Source: Candidatus Hodarchaeum mangrovi (lineage in GTDB: Archaea > Asgardarchaeota > Heimdallarchaeia > Hodarchaeales > Hodarchaeaceae). Taken from it: a stretch of 64,000 nt of DNA. The notes beneath the pieces are model-generated. The model did no database searches. It was not told the DNA's origin and was given only the letters and a program-made list of their open reading frames with translations. Where the stretch lies: the NCBI GenBank assembly GCA_016839515.1, contig JAEOUE010000127.1, forward strand, positions 1-64,000, read 5' to 3'. Of the stretch, positions 38,728 through 47,567 are shown in pieces (the stretch's first letter is position 1; each line of letters starts with the position of its first letter). Position numbers and translations under genes: made by a program.

Positions 38728-41317
38728 TTTGGAATGTGGAATGCGATCTATACAACTAGTAACAAAGATTTTAGAGGATAACTCTACCCTTTTACAAGTT
38801 GAAGTTCCTGATTCAATTGAGAAGTCTTTTATAGCTCCACAAGCTAATTTAATTTCTATTATTGCCATCCAACCCTCTGTTGACTTTAATGACGCATCAA
38901 ATCATCTACTCTATATATCGAGTCTTTCAGGGGTAGAAGTAATTCGACAAGTCTTTCCTATCTTAACAAAAAAACAGAAAGAAAATGGATTGAATGGATT
39001 AATGTTACTAGTAAAGATAAAAAAACCATTTACCATTCATTCAGATAAAGCACTTCATTATTTTATAAAAAAAGCCCGCAAAGACTTCCTACGCAATAGA
39101 TCTACCACATTTTCACTCTTAGAAGCATCAGGTTACAAAGCTACTCTCATAACAGGAAAAAATTTGATAGAGGTTCACTATCATGGGAAAAGAATAGCTA
39201 AAGGGGTAACAGTATTTCAAGGACATAAAGGATTTCATTCGAAATTGATTGAACCCTTTCTAAAATTGGATCGTGTGCCCTCACGGTTTATTCAAGATTA
39301 TCCAGTTCAGGATCTTCCAGTTCATCATGCCATTGGAACAAGAATCGATAATGATACTATCCCCGTGGGCTTTCCAAGATTATCAAGAGGTTCAATTTTG
39401 ATAAATGGTTCTTCAAATACCGAGTTAATCCTTGTTCTTCAACAATTAATCTTTTCATTATCTCAGGATCGTTTATTAGGTCAAATTTTTGTCATTGACA
39501 CTAAGAATGAACTTAATGGATTGATTAACCATATTCAAGGTACACCAAACAAACCAAAACGATTACAGATTTTTAGTTTAGGTACAAATTTTTATTTAAA
39601 TTTATGTGACGTAATTATTCCTATAGGACCCCATGAAAAGATTTCACAAGATAAAGCTGTTGGAAAAGCATGGAAAGCTCACTTGATATCGCAATTTATT
39701 CTCTCTTCATTAGATACATCCGAGTACTTAATTTCTCGATACTCTGTACCGCTTGAATCTCAAATCCGTAAATCAGCAAACCAAACAACTTTTACACTCA
39801 ATGAAGTAAAACTTTCATTTACCAATGATAGTAATAATGAAGCAACAGAAACCATTTATACTGATATGATGTCAATTGAGGCTTTAGAGGGGATATTAGA
39901 ACAATTTAGATCCTTTAAAGAGATTAATTATAGTTTTTTTAAAGATCACTACCAAAAAAAATTAACTACCTCAAAAACAATCTCGTTTTTCCAATTTGGT
40001 AGTCAACCTCAGTTAATAAAAAGAGCTACTATTTTTTTCTTACTAGATTTCCTATCAAAGACATTAGAAAACTCATGTATTGTATTAACTCACGCAGATG
40101 AATTTCTGAGTCGTCGAACATCCTATCAGCGATCACGTGAGATAGTAACATCTAACTTAATGAGAGCATGTGAAGAGATTATTTCAAAAAATATTTTGTT
40201 AATCTCGAGTTCAAGTCTCCAATCAATTAGCAGTTCCTTGGACTCATTTGAGGAGATAAATAATTTAGTCTACTTACGAATGATAAATTCACAAGATCGA
40301 GAAATGCTTATGAAAAATCATCAGTTTCTCTTCAGGACATCAACATCCATAAACACTCAACAACAATGGCTAGGGGTTATGGAAGGGGAAGGATTATTAT
40401 TTCGGTTCGATGCTCCTCAAAATAACGCGTATCATTTTAAGTTACAAAGTGATATTCCTATTAACACATCACCATTTAAAATTAATCCAATTAAGCCCTG
40501 GGGATCATCAACGCTTGGTCTGCCTTCAACAAAATTCGAAAGTCTAATGAATTTATTAAATGCATTAATTCAAAGTCCGATGCCTCAAAGCCAAGTATTG
40601 AACTATCTAGGAAATTTAGGGGATCCCGAAGATGTATTAAAAACCTTTCAGGATAATGGTCTCTTTTCACGTAATTATCAAACTGGAAATCAGTTCCTTG
40701 CTATCTCAAATTATGGTCATGATTATTACAATGAACAATTAACTAAAATTGCAGAACTTCCTCCTCCTTTATCACAGAATGACATCCTTTCAGTTTCGCA
40801 AATGTTTAAACAGTTAGAAAATGAATATAATTTTCTGGAATCAGCTGCTAAAACAGAGAAGACATTGTTTAAACTTAAAGAACTAAATATAAAGGTAAAA
40901 AACCTTATTGGGAGTACCCTAAACTACTTAAGATGCCTTAAACAGCAAGCAATTCCATGGAGAAGCTTTGCAGATTACACTGACTTATGTACAATTACTG
41001 GGATTGAATATATGGACTTTCAGAGTCTTTTTGAGTTAGCAAACACCATTCTCAATAATCTGATGGTACAAATTGACAGAGAAAGGAAAAAGCTCACGGA
41101 AATAGAAATTAAAGAATCTCTAAGAACCTCTTCTCTTCAATTTCCAATGAGAAGCTTGGCAGATCATCTACCTTCAAATGAATTTATACATCTAAAAAAT
41201 ATCTCTAAAGAATTGAATTTGCCTGAGTACCCTACAACCGGTATTCTAGATATTTTCTATGAATTACATTTACAAAATCGATCATTATTTGATGAAGTAG
41301 AGAAGAAGGGATATTAA
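38672..41317 (+). CDS. HerA/VirB4/FtsK-fold protein with degenerate Walker motifs and a C-terminal wHTH-like/helical region
   Basis: ILINGSSNTE (Walker A position), IFVIDTKNE, IVLTHADEF (Walker B position), NNLVYLRM..D. Likely start ATG 38741. Confidence 0.65.
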   Translation: MGKLNSQSLLKASEIIKDNLECGMRSIQLVTKILEDNSTLLQVEVPDSIEKSFIAPQANLISIIAIQPSVDFNDASNHLLYISSLSGVEVIRQVFPILTKKQKENGLNGLMLLVKIKKPFTIHSDKALHYFIKKARKDFLRNRSTTFSLLEASGYKATLITGKNLIEVHYHGKRIAKGVTVFQGHKGFHSKLIEPFLKLDRVPSRFIQDYPVQDLPVHHAIGTRIDNDTIPVGFPRLSRGSILINGSSNTELILVLQQLIFSLSQDRLLGQIFVIDTKNELNGLINHIQGTPNKPKRLQIFSLGTNFYLNLCDVIIPIGPHEKISQDKAVGKAWKAHLISQFILSSLDTSEYLISRYSVPLESQIRKSANQTTFTLNEVKLSFTNDSNNEATETIYTDMMSIEALEGILEQFRSFKEINYSFFKDHYQKKLTTSKTISFFQFGSQPQLIKRATIFFLLDFLSKTLENSCIVLTHADEFLSRRTSYQRSREIVTSNLMRACEEIISKNILLISSSSLQSISSSLDSFEEINNLVYLRMINSQDREMLMKNHQFLFRTSTSINTQQQWLGVMEGEGLLFRFDAPQNNAYHFKLQSDIPINTSPFKINPIKPWGSSTLGLPSTKFESLMNLLNALIQSPMPQSQVLNYLGNLGDPEDVLKTFQDNGLFSRNYQTGNQFLAISNYGHDYYNEQLTKIAELPPPLSQNDILSVSQMFKQLENEYNFLESAAKTEKTLFKLKELNIKVKNLIGSTLNYLRCLKQQAIPWRSFADYTDLCTITGIEYMDFQSLFELANTILNNLMVQIDRERKKLTEIEIKESLRTSSLQFPMRSLADHLPSNEFIHLKNISKELNLPEYPTTGILDIFYELHLQNRSLFDEVEKKGY

Positions 41318-43071
41318 TGGTATTAAAAGAGAGTATTTTACCCCCTTCTCTGCAATTGTTTCCTTATCAATCATTAAGAAATTACCAATCACAATTCCTT
41401 CGATTTGTAGAAAACAATCAAAAAGTAATAATTCATGCACCAGTGGGATTTGGAAAGACTATTATGGCTTTAATTTCAAGTCTTCCCCTAGTGAAGCAAG
41501 AAAATTATCAATTAATCATATTTGTCAGAACAAAAGCCCAGGTCTTTCGTGTTTTCTTAAATGAGATTTATAAAATTGCCAATTCACGGAAATATGGTTA
41601 TTTAACTGCAGTTCCTCTAATCTTAAAATCGGATCTATGCCTAAAAATTGAAGAAATTCCTCAATTCCATAAAGGGATCTGTTCATCCATTCGTTGTCCA
41701 CATCTTGAGCAAGCACGTTCAATTCCTGAAGAAGATTTACCAACAATAGTTGAACAAGTGACTATAACATCCCATGAAAATGATAAAATTTCTATTGAAA
41801 CTTTTCAAAATGCTTTTCGTGAATTTGGTTGTCCTTATTATGTGATTAAAAGATGTATTCCTTATGCAAATATTATTGTAACTACTCAGACTTATATCCG
41901 ATCTAAAAACCTTCAACCAATGTTTTCTGAGTTGTTAAATAAAAGTACATTCTCTGCTAAAATAGCAATTATAGATGAGGGTCATAATTTTTCTGCTGAT
42001 ATTGAAGCTGAAATTTCACTAAGTGATCTTCAACGAGCTTCTTCAATTATACCACTGAAGATTTTCGATACTCTTCAAGATCTAATATATTTTCATAAAG
42101 GAATGGTTGAAAGACCATTCGGATTGTCTGTTGCAGCAATCGATGCTTTTCTTGAACATGAAAAAAAAATAACTCTAATAGAAAAGACCCAACTATTAAA
42201 AATAAAAGAATTTATCCAATCTCGAGGAGATATATGGATTTCTGAAGAATCCAAGATAATACAATTAAACCCTTTTCCCCAATCAGTATTTGAGTTTATT
42301 AACCCTTTTTTCCAACGAATAATCCTTATGTCAGGGACCTTCCAACCAATCAAATCCTATAAACTATTATATGGAATCAATCATTATGCAAATTTATCTA
42401 TTCCCTCTGATTTTCAATTTAGTTTTAATAGCATAATGTACAACAGACGATTCACCTCAAGATTTACTCAACGTTCCGCTAAAACATACGAAAATATGGT
42501 AAATGTTATTCAAAGGCTACATGAATCAAATCCATTTCATACAATAGTGTTTACAACCTCACATGAATTCAAACATAAATTAATTACTCATCTTCAACTC
42601 CCTAATTATTATGTAGAAAAGATTGATTCACCACCCCATTTCTTAGATGAACTATCAGATAAAAAACACGAATTAATACTTGGAGTGCTTGGCGGACGCT
42701 TATCTGAAGGAGTAGAAATTCTGAATCACGACAATCGAAGTCTATTAACTTTAATTATCATAGCAGGGATGCCCTATCCACGTCCTGATGCTACAAATAA
42801 ATTACTACGTAACCTTTATACAAGAAAATGGGGAATTAAAATGGCGCAACACATTACTACACTACCATTGACACGGACTATATCACAAGCAATTGGTCGA
42901 GGGATCCGTTCTGAATCAGATTTTGCTGCTAGTTTAATTCTTGATTATAGAGCAATTCGTCTCCGTCCTATGCTCCCACCAACTAAGATTTTCAAGGATC
43001 TTTCTTCCTTGTACAATGCCTATGATCTTTTTTATGCTAAAATGCGCAAAATTTTCTCACTAAAGGATTAA
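41317..43071 (+). CDS. xpd: XPD/Rad3/DinG family Fe-S helicase
   Basis: FPY..LR.YQ, APVGFGKT, DLC...C...C...CPYY, DEGHN, MSGT, SEGV, QAIGRGIR, LDYR. Confidence 0.9.
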   Translation: MVLKESILPPSLQLFPYQSLRNYQSQFLRFVENNQKVIIHAPVGFGKTIMALISSLPLVKQENYQLIIFVRTKAQVFRVFLNEIYKIANSRKYGYLTAVPLILKSDLCLKIEEIPQFHKGICSSIRCPHLEQARSIPEEDLPTIVEQVTITSHENDKISIETFQNAFREFGCPYYVIKRCIPYANIIVTTQTYIRSKNLQPMFSELLNKSTFSAKIAIIDEGHNFSADIEAEISLSDLQRASSIIPLKIFDTLQDLIYFHKGMVERPFGLSVAAIDAFLEHEKKITLIEKTQLLKIKEFIQSRGDIWISEESKIIQLNPFPQSVFEFINPFFQRIILMSGTFQPIKSYKLLYGINHYANLSIPSDFQFSFNSIMYNRRFTSRFTQRSAKTYENMVNVIQRLHESNPFHTIVFTTSHEFKHKLITHLQLPNYYVEKIDSPPHFLDELSDKKHELILGVLGGRLSEGVEILNHDNRSLLTLIIIAGMPYPRPDATNKLLRNLYTRKWGIKMAQHITTLPLTRTISQAIGRGIRSESDFAASLILDYRAIRLRPMLPPTKIFKDLSSLYNAYDLFYAKMRKIFSLKD

Positions 43072-43077
43072 TATTAA

Positions 43078-44922
43078 TTAATGTTTTAATAATATCTTAA
43101 GAACTGGAAGAATTTCATCTATTGTCATGATAGGAATACTGCAAAGATTGAATTTCCCAATAAGATTAAATAGAGTATATCGGACATCTAAACTATAATC
43201 TTTTAATACGCTTGGAATATATAAGACCTTAATCTCTTTATATTTTTCTTTTAAATCATTAAGAATATTAGAGGCTTCAGGTAATATTGAACTGATTGTT
43301 TCGGAGGTCAGAATAAGAATAAAATCTTTTTTTTTGGTAATCAATCCTGGATACTTAGTCTTGTCTGATTTTACAATATTATAATTTTCTGAAAGGATAT
43401 AGGGAATTTTTGATTCATATAAAATTGGTGATAATCTTAATTCTATTTGATCGGATTTTTGTTCTTTTCCCATGATTTGAGACTTTAGTCTTTTATTCAA
43501 GATTTCAGGGTCAAAATTAGATTTATTCTTATTTTGAATAGAAAAAAACCGCTTTTGTTCATTTGTTCCTTTTCCAATTAAGAAAAATCGTGGAATCTCA
43601 ACATTTAATGTATTTAATGTTTCTATTGTGTTAGTTGCGACATCAAAGGCAATAATAATAAGGGAATGTGATGCTAAATAGTTATTAGCAGTATTTGCTA
43701 TACATATAGTTACTTTTCTTTCTGTAAAGGGTAATAAGTACCGTTTCAAATCTATTTCATTAAACGAGCTTATTGGATGTTCAACATATAGAACTCGTAA
43801 TCCGATTTCTTGAAAAGTCTTCTGAAGAAATCTTGCATTGTAATAATTATGTGTTAAAACTAAAATACCCTCAGAATATTGGGAAATTAGTTTAAATAAC
43901 ACTTGGATCTTAGGATGGGGAATCTCCCTGTTTAAATGGATATATTCTCTCAATTTTTGAATTTTTAGATCATTTAAAAACACTGAAATCGCTTTTTGAC
44001 CTAATTGATCATCTATTTGCTTTGACTTCAAACGAGATTCTAAATTATCAAAATAGTCTATAACACCTTTAAAACCCTGAGAGATTACCAAGTGTAGTAA
44101 TGAATAGATTCGATAGAGATTTCCTGTTTGAATCATTATTTTTGTATTTCCTTCCCTCTTTAAACTTTCATGAATAGCTTTAACTTGTCTAATAGGGGCT
44201 TTTAAAGTAAGATTAATCCCACTATACTTAAGATGGTCTATCTCGAATTCCCTGAGCTGATTAAGCAGATCTAATATGAAAAAATACTCTTTCGGATAAG
44301 GAATGTAATAGGGGTGAATATTTACCTTTGATTCTCCAGTTTCATTCTGAAGTCTTTTTACTTCTTGTAACCCCAAAGCATTACACACTTGGAAAAGTCG
44401 CTCATAATTGTTAATTCGGGTACACCCAATAAGTCGAGATTTTGATAATTTTTTAGTTATATAACGTATAGAACTTGAACCAACACATCTTTCTGCAGAC
44501 AAAATAAAGATAAGGGTAAATTTATCACAATTTTCTAGATTTTTTTCTTTTAAATCATTTTTCAATGTTTTAGGAGTTGTTAATATTATCGAATAATTTT
44601 GATAATCTTTTTTACGAGCATTTGGTAAAATTGATCCGTTCACTGCTGTAATACGATGGTCAATTAAGCCAGAAGTTTTCAATCCATTTAGGATATAATT
44701 CTGAAAATTAGGTTTTAGGATAACTAATATCTTTTGATTTTGCTTGTTTTTCTGTTTTAACATAAAAAGAGATACTAAGCTCATCATTCGTAACAAATTA
44801 GAATTTTCGCGATAAATAACTAATATATTATGGTCAAGAAGACTTGGTAAGAGTAATTGCTCTTCAAGTGAAGGAATAAATCCTAGATTATTTATCAAAT
44901 TCACGCTTTCATCCATACTCAT
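43078..44922 (-). CDS. Hef/FANCM/XPF-like protein with inactivated helicase motifs and eroded C-terminal nuclease-like domain
   Basis: NILVI, NGSILPNARK, TTPKTLKNDL, SQG and HPKI match Hef landmarks; GKT and DEAH are absent (YRENSNL, ILSAERC). Confidence 0.68.
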   Translation of the reverse strand: MSMDESVNLINNLGFIPSLEEQLLLPSLLDHNILVIYRENSNLLRMMSLVSLFMLKQKNKQNQKILVILKPNFQNYILNGLKTSGLIDHRITAVNGSILPNARKKDYQNYSIILTTPKTLKNDLKEKNLENCDKFTLIFILSAERCVGSSSIRYITKKLSKSRLIGCTRINNYERLFQVCNALGLQEVKRLQNETGESKVNIHPYYIPYPKEYFFILDLLNQLREFEIDHLKYSGINLTLKAPIRQVKAIHESLKREGNTKIMIQTGNLYRIYSLLHLVISQGFKGVIDYFDNLESRLKSKQIDDQLGQKAISVFLNDLKIQKLREYIHLNREIPHPKIQVLFKLISQYSEGILVLTHNYYNARFLQKTFQEIGLRVLYVEHPISSFNEIDLKRYLLPFTERKVTICIANTANNYLASHSLIIIAFDVATNTIETLNTLNVEIPRFFLIGKGTNEQKRFFSIQNKNKSNFDPEILNKRLKSQIMGKEQKSDQIELRLSPILYESKIPYILSENYNIVKSDKTKYPGLITKKKDFILILTSETISSILPEASNILNDLKEKYKEIKVLYIPSVLKDYSLDVRYTLFNLIGKFNLCSIPIMTIDEILPVLKILLKH

Positions 44923-45205
44923 GCTTTGACTCTTCCCTGGTTTTTAACCTGTTATCAATTGGTCTATTAAGAAACTGGTGAAAGTCTTCTATTTCAGATG
45001 ACTGGTCTAGATTTTTAATACAGCTTTTATGTGCACTACAGGTGATTACTTTAGCATTTCTGATGACTAAATCGGGAACCCGACGATTTAACAGAAAATA
45101 ACATACGCCCCCTACTCCATAATTACCAAACTCACAAATTAAACACAATGGTGAATTAAGAAAGATTTCATCAATATATGGTTGAAGATGTAATTGATAG
45201 GTCAT
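44909..45205 (-). CDS. Small Cys-rich metal-binding protein
   Basis: CLICEF...CYF...CSAH; GGTGA RBS; overlaps the Hef-like start. Confidence 0.65.
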   Translation of the reverse strand: MTYQLHLQPYIDEIFLNSPLCLICEFGNYGVGGVCYFLLNRRVPDLVIRNAKVITCSAHKSCIKNLDQSSEIEDFHQFLNRPIDNRLKTREESKHEYG

Positions 45206-45213
45206 GAACTCTC

Positions 45214-45235
45214 ACCTAGATTTTTTCATCTAGGT
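45214..45235. promoter_or_regulatory. Inverted repeat ACCTAGAT-N6-ATCTAGGT overlapping the RBS of the 45205 gene
   Basis: Perfect 8-bp arms in a divergent intergenic region. Confidence 0.4.
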
Positions 45236-45316
45236 ATAGAACTTCTAGTTAATATATCAAAAATCAAAATTATTATTATTTAAGCTAATTTTCCAATACT
45301 AACTTGGAGAACTTAA

Positions 45317-45838
45317 ATGTTAACTGAAACTTATCTGATAAAAGTTCTTGACACAATTCTAAAGGAACAGGTGGAATTTCTTTCTTTTCCAGAGCTGCAG
45401 ATTACCTCAAAGAACCTTGATTTAAAGAAAATTGTTGAAAAAGATCAAATCCGAATTGATCTAGCAGCATTAAATAATTTTGATGGATCTATCTATTTCT
45501 TTGAAGCAGAGACTACACTTTATAGTTTTCATCCAATATCCTATCGACATTTTTGTGACTTTTGTTATCTAGTTTGTCCAGCAGAAAGCTTTGACCTCCT
45601 TGATTCTGAATCAAAACAGCAGCAAATTAACTGGGCAGATGAAATGGGTGTAGGAATCATCACAATAACCTCAGATCGGAATGTTAACATCCGATTACGA
45701 GCGAAACGTCAAGAATTAACACCAGTGATTCGAAAAGAAGTTATAAGAATGATGGATCAACGCACTCGTATTAATTTTTCAACAATTCCTCTGTGGGAGA
45801 GAACTTTTGCCAAAAATTCTGAAGGAATGGGAGAGTAG
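45317..45838 (+). CDS. MmcB-like PD-(D/E)XK nuclease-fold protein
   Basis: RIDLAAL...YFFEAE...YRHFCDFCYLVCP...GVGII. Confidence 0.62.
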   Translation: MLTETYLIKVLDTILKEQVEFLSFPELQITSKNLDLKKIVEKDQIRIDLAALNNFDGSIYFFEAETTLYSFHPISYRHFCDFCYLVCPAESFDLLDSESKQQQINWADEMGVGIITITSDRNVNIRLRAKRQELTPVIRKEVIRMMDQRTRINFSTIPLWERTFAKNSEGMGE

Positions 45839-45861
45839 AAAGTACGCCACGAAAAGCCAAG

Positions 45862-46332
45862 ATGTCGGTTGGAAACACAACTGATAGAAAAAAAGCAGAT
45901 TTATTCAATTCTATTGAAGATTTAATTAAAAAAGGGTATATCCAAGATGCTATCGACCATCTCGAATATCTTTATCGAACAACACCATCTATCAAACAAA
46001 CTATCCTTCTGAAATTCGCAAAGCTTTATACTCAAATCGCACAACCTGAAAAAGCACTTCTATATCTTCAGAAAATAATTCCCACTTCTGATTTACAGAC
46101 AAATGAATTAATATTTGAAAATTTAATCAAACTCGACAAGGAACGTCAAGCAATAATGTTTATCGCACGATCAGACCTTTCTATAAACCAAAAAACCATT
46201 CTCCTTAAAAATAATGGTCTTTTAAAAGAGCCTTCAGTCTTAATACAACCCGTAATCCTTCAATGTTTGAAATGTAATTCCTTCCTGTTCTTCTTGAACA
46301 ATAAATTAACCTGTCTAACCTGTAGATGCTAG
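45862..46332 (+). CDS. TPR-like protein with C-terminal Zn ribbon
   Basis: FAKLYTQIAQPEKALLYL; CLKC...CLTC. Confidence 0.7.
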   Translation: MSVGNTTDRKKADLFNSIEDLIKKGYIQDAIDHLEYLYRTTPSIKQTILLKFAKLYTQIAQPEKALLYLQKIIPTSDLQTNELIFENLIKLDKERQAIMFIARSDLSINQKTILLKNNGLLKEPSVLIQPVILQCLKCNSFLFFLNNKLTCLTCRC

Positions 46333-46350
46333 CTTCCCTCAAATACTCCA

Positions 46351-47526
46351 TTAATAGTTCTCATTAATTATTGATTTTTCTTTTTGGATCATTTCACAGA
46401 GGTTTTCATCTTTTTTTTTGCTAATCTCTTCTATTAACCTATTAATAAAACTTTCATCAAATTTCTCATCTTTTTCATCCGATGATTTTAAATACTGAAC
46501 TTTAGAAAAATCAATTACAACATTCGGTTCAGACGCAGTAGATGATTCACCTGATAGGTTAGAGGGAGCCTGTTTGGCAATAAGATCTTCAGAAAGAATT
46601 GAGGTTGTTAGAGGCAGGGGTAGGTTCCCCTCTTTCTCTAAATAAGTATTAAAATATGTATTATTATGATTTTTAATATTTTGTACTTCTTCAATTGGGA
46701 TGTTTACCTCTGGATCAATCAATCCAGAATTAGCTTTCTCATTAGATTGATTTAGATCTTCTAATATGAATTCTTCCTCTGAATCAGGAAAAAGGTCAAA
46801 ATTTTTTTCAATTTCAGATTTATTATCTTTAGTGTTAAAATTATCAGTTTCAGAGTCTAAAATTTTATTATTTGTGATATTGGGCTCATTTGGAATTATA
46901 ATTTCATGAGGGGATTTTGGGGGAGAAGGTGGATCCTGATTATCAATTGCTAAAATACGTGAATTAAATTTGAATTCTGATAATCCTGATTTAGATACGG
47001 CTGAAATCACTAATCCAGGGATAACTTTTAGTAGAGTTGTCTTAAAATCTTCAAGACGTTCTTTTAGGGATAGATGAAATTCACCTAATTGTCTAGGATT
47101 TTTTATTAATTGCAGATAATTCAGATTAGGAAAATCAAGTGTCAGGTTAAAAATTGTTTTAAACGCGTCCTCTGAAACTCGGAATTCAAAGTTCGTAAGA
47201 TTTTTTACTACAGATAGTCGAAAATTCTGCGGTTTTGCATCTACTTGAAAATCTATTATTACTGTTGTTCGGTTCTCTTTAAAAGAATAGATTATCATAG
47301 CTCCTGGAATTTCTTCAGGATAGAAAATTTTTTCACTCATTTCAAGATTAGAAAAAGAAAAAAACTGATGTTGCTGTTTTAACTCAATTTCCTCTAATAT
47401 AAGCCCTATAAAGTACGCTACACCTCCTGTTAAAAAGACAATTATAATTCCAGTTTCACTAGATAAATAAATGACTACTCCGAAGAGAAATCCAATTATT
47501 GTAGTTAATGTACTTCGACAGATCAT
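46351..47526 (-). CDS. Membrane protein: two N-terminal TMs, globular domain, acidic disordered tail
   Basis: Hydrophobic residues 7-44; Pro/Asp/Glu-rich C-terminal half. Confidence 0.7.
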   Translation of the reverse strand: MICRSTLTTIIGFLFGVVIYLSSETGIIIVFLTGGVAYFIGLILEEIELKQQHQFFSFSNLEMSEKIFYPEEIPGAMIIYSFKENRTTVIIDFQVDAKPQNFRLSVVKNLTNFEFRVSEDAFKTIFNLTLDFPNLNYLQLIKNPRQLGEFHLSLKERLEDFKTTLLKVIPGLVISAVSKSGLSEFKFNSRILAIDNQDPPSPPKSPHEIIIPNEPNITNNKILDSETDNFNTKDNKSEIEKNFDLFPDSEEEFILEDLNQSNEKANSGLIDPEVNIPIEEVQNIKNHNNTYFNTYLEKEGNLPLPLTTSILSEDLIAKQAPSNLSGESSTASEPNVVIDFSKVQYLKSSDEKDEKFDESFINRLIEEISKKKDENLCEMIQKEKSIINENY

Positions 47527-47567
47527 CTCAAATAATATTGATCTTTTTCCTTATATATTCAGAAAAA

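Noticed and set aside
38672-38740. 56-nt overlap of radA with the next gene as a recoding signal
   Set aside because: An in-frame ATG at 38741, just after the radA stop, is the simpler start.
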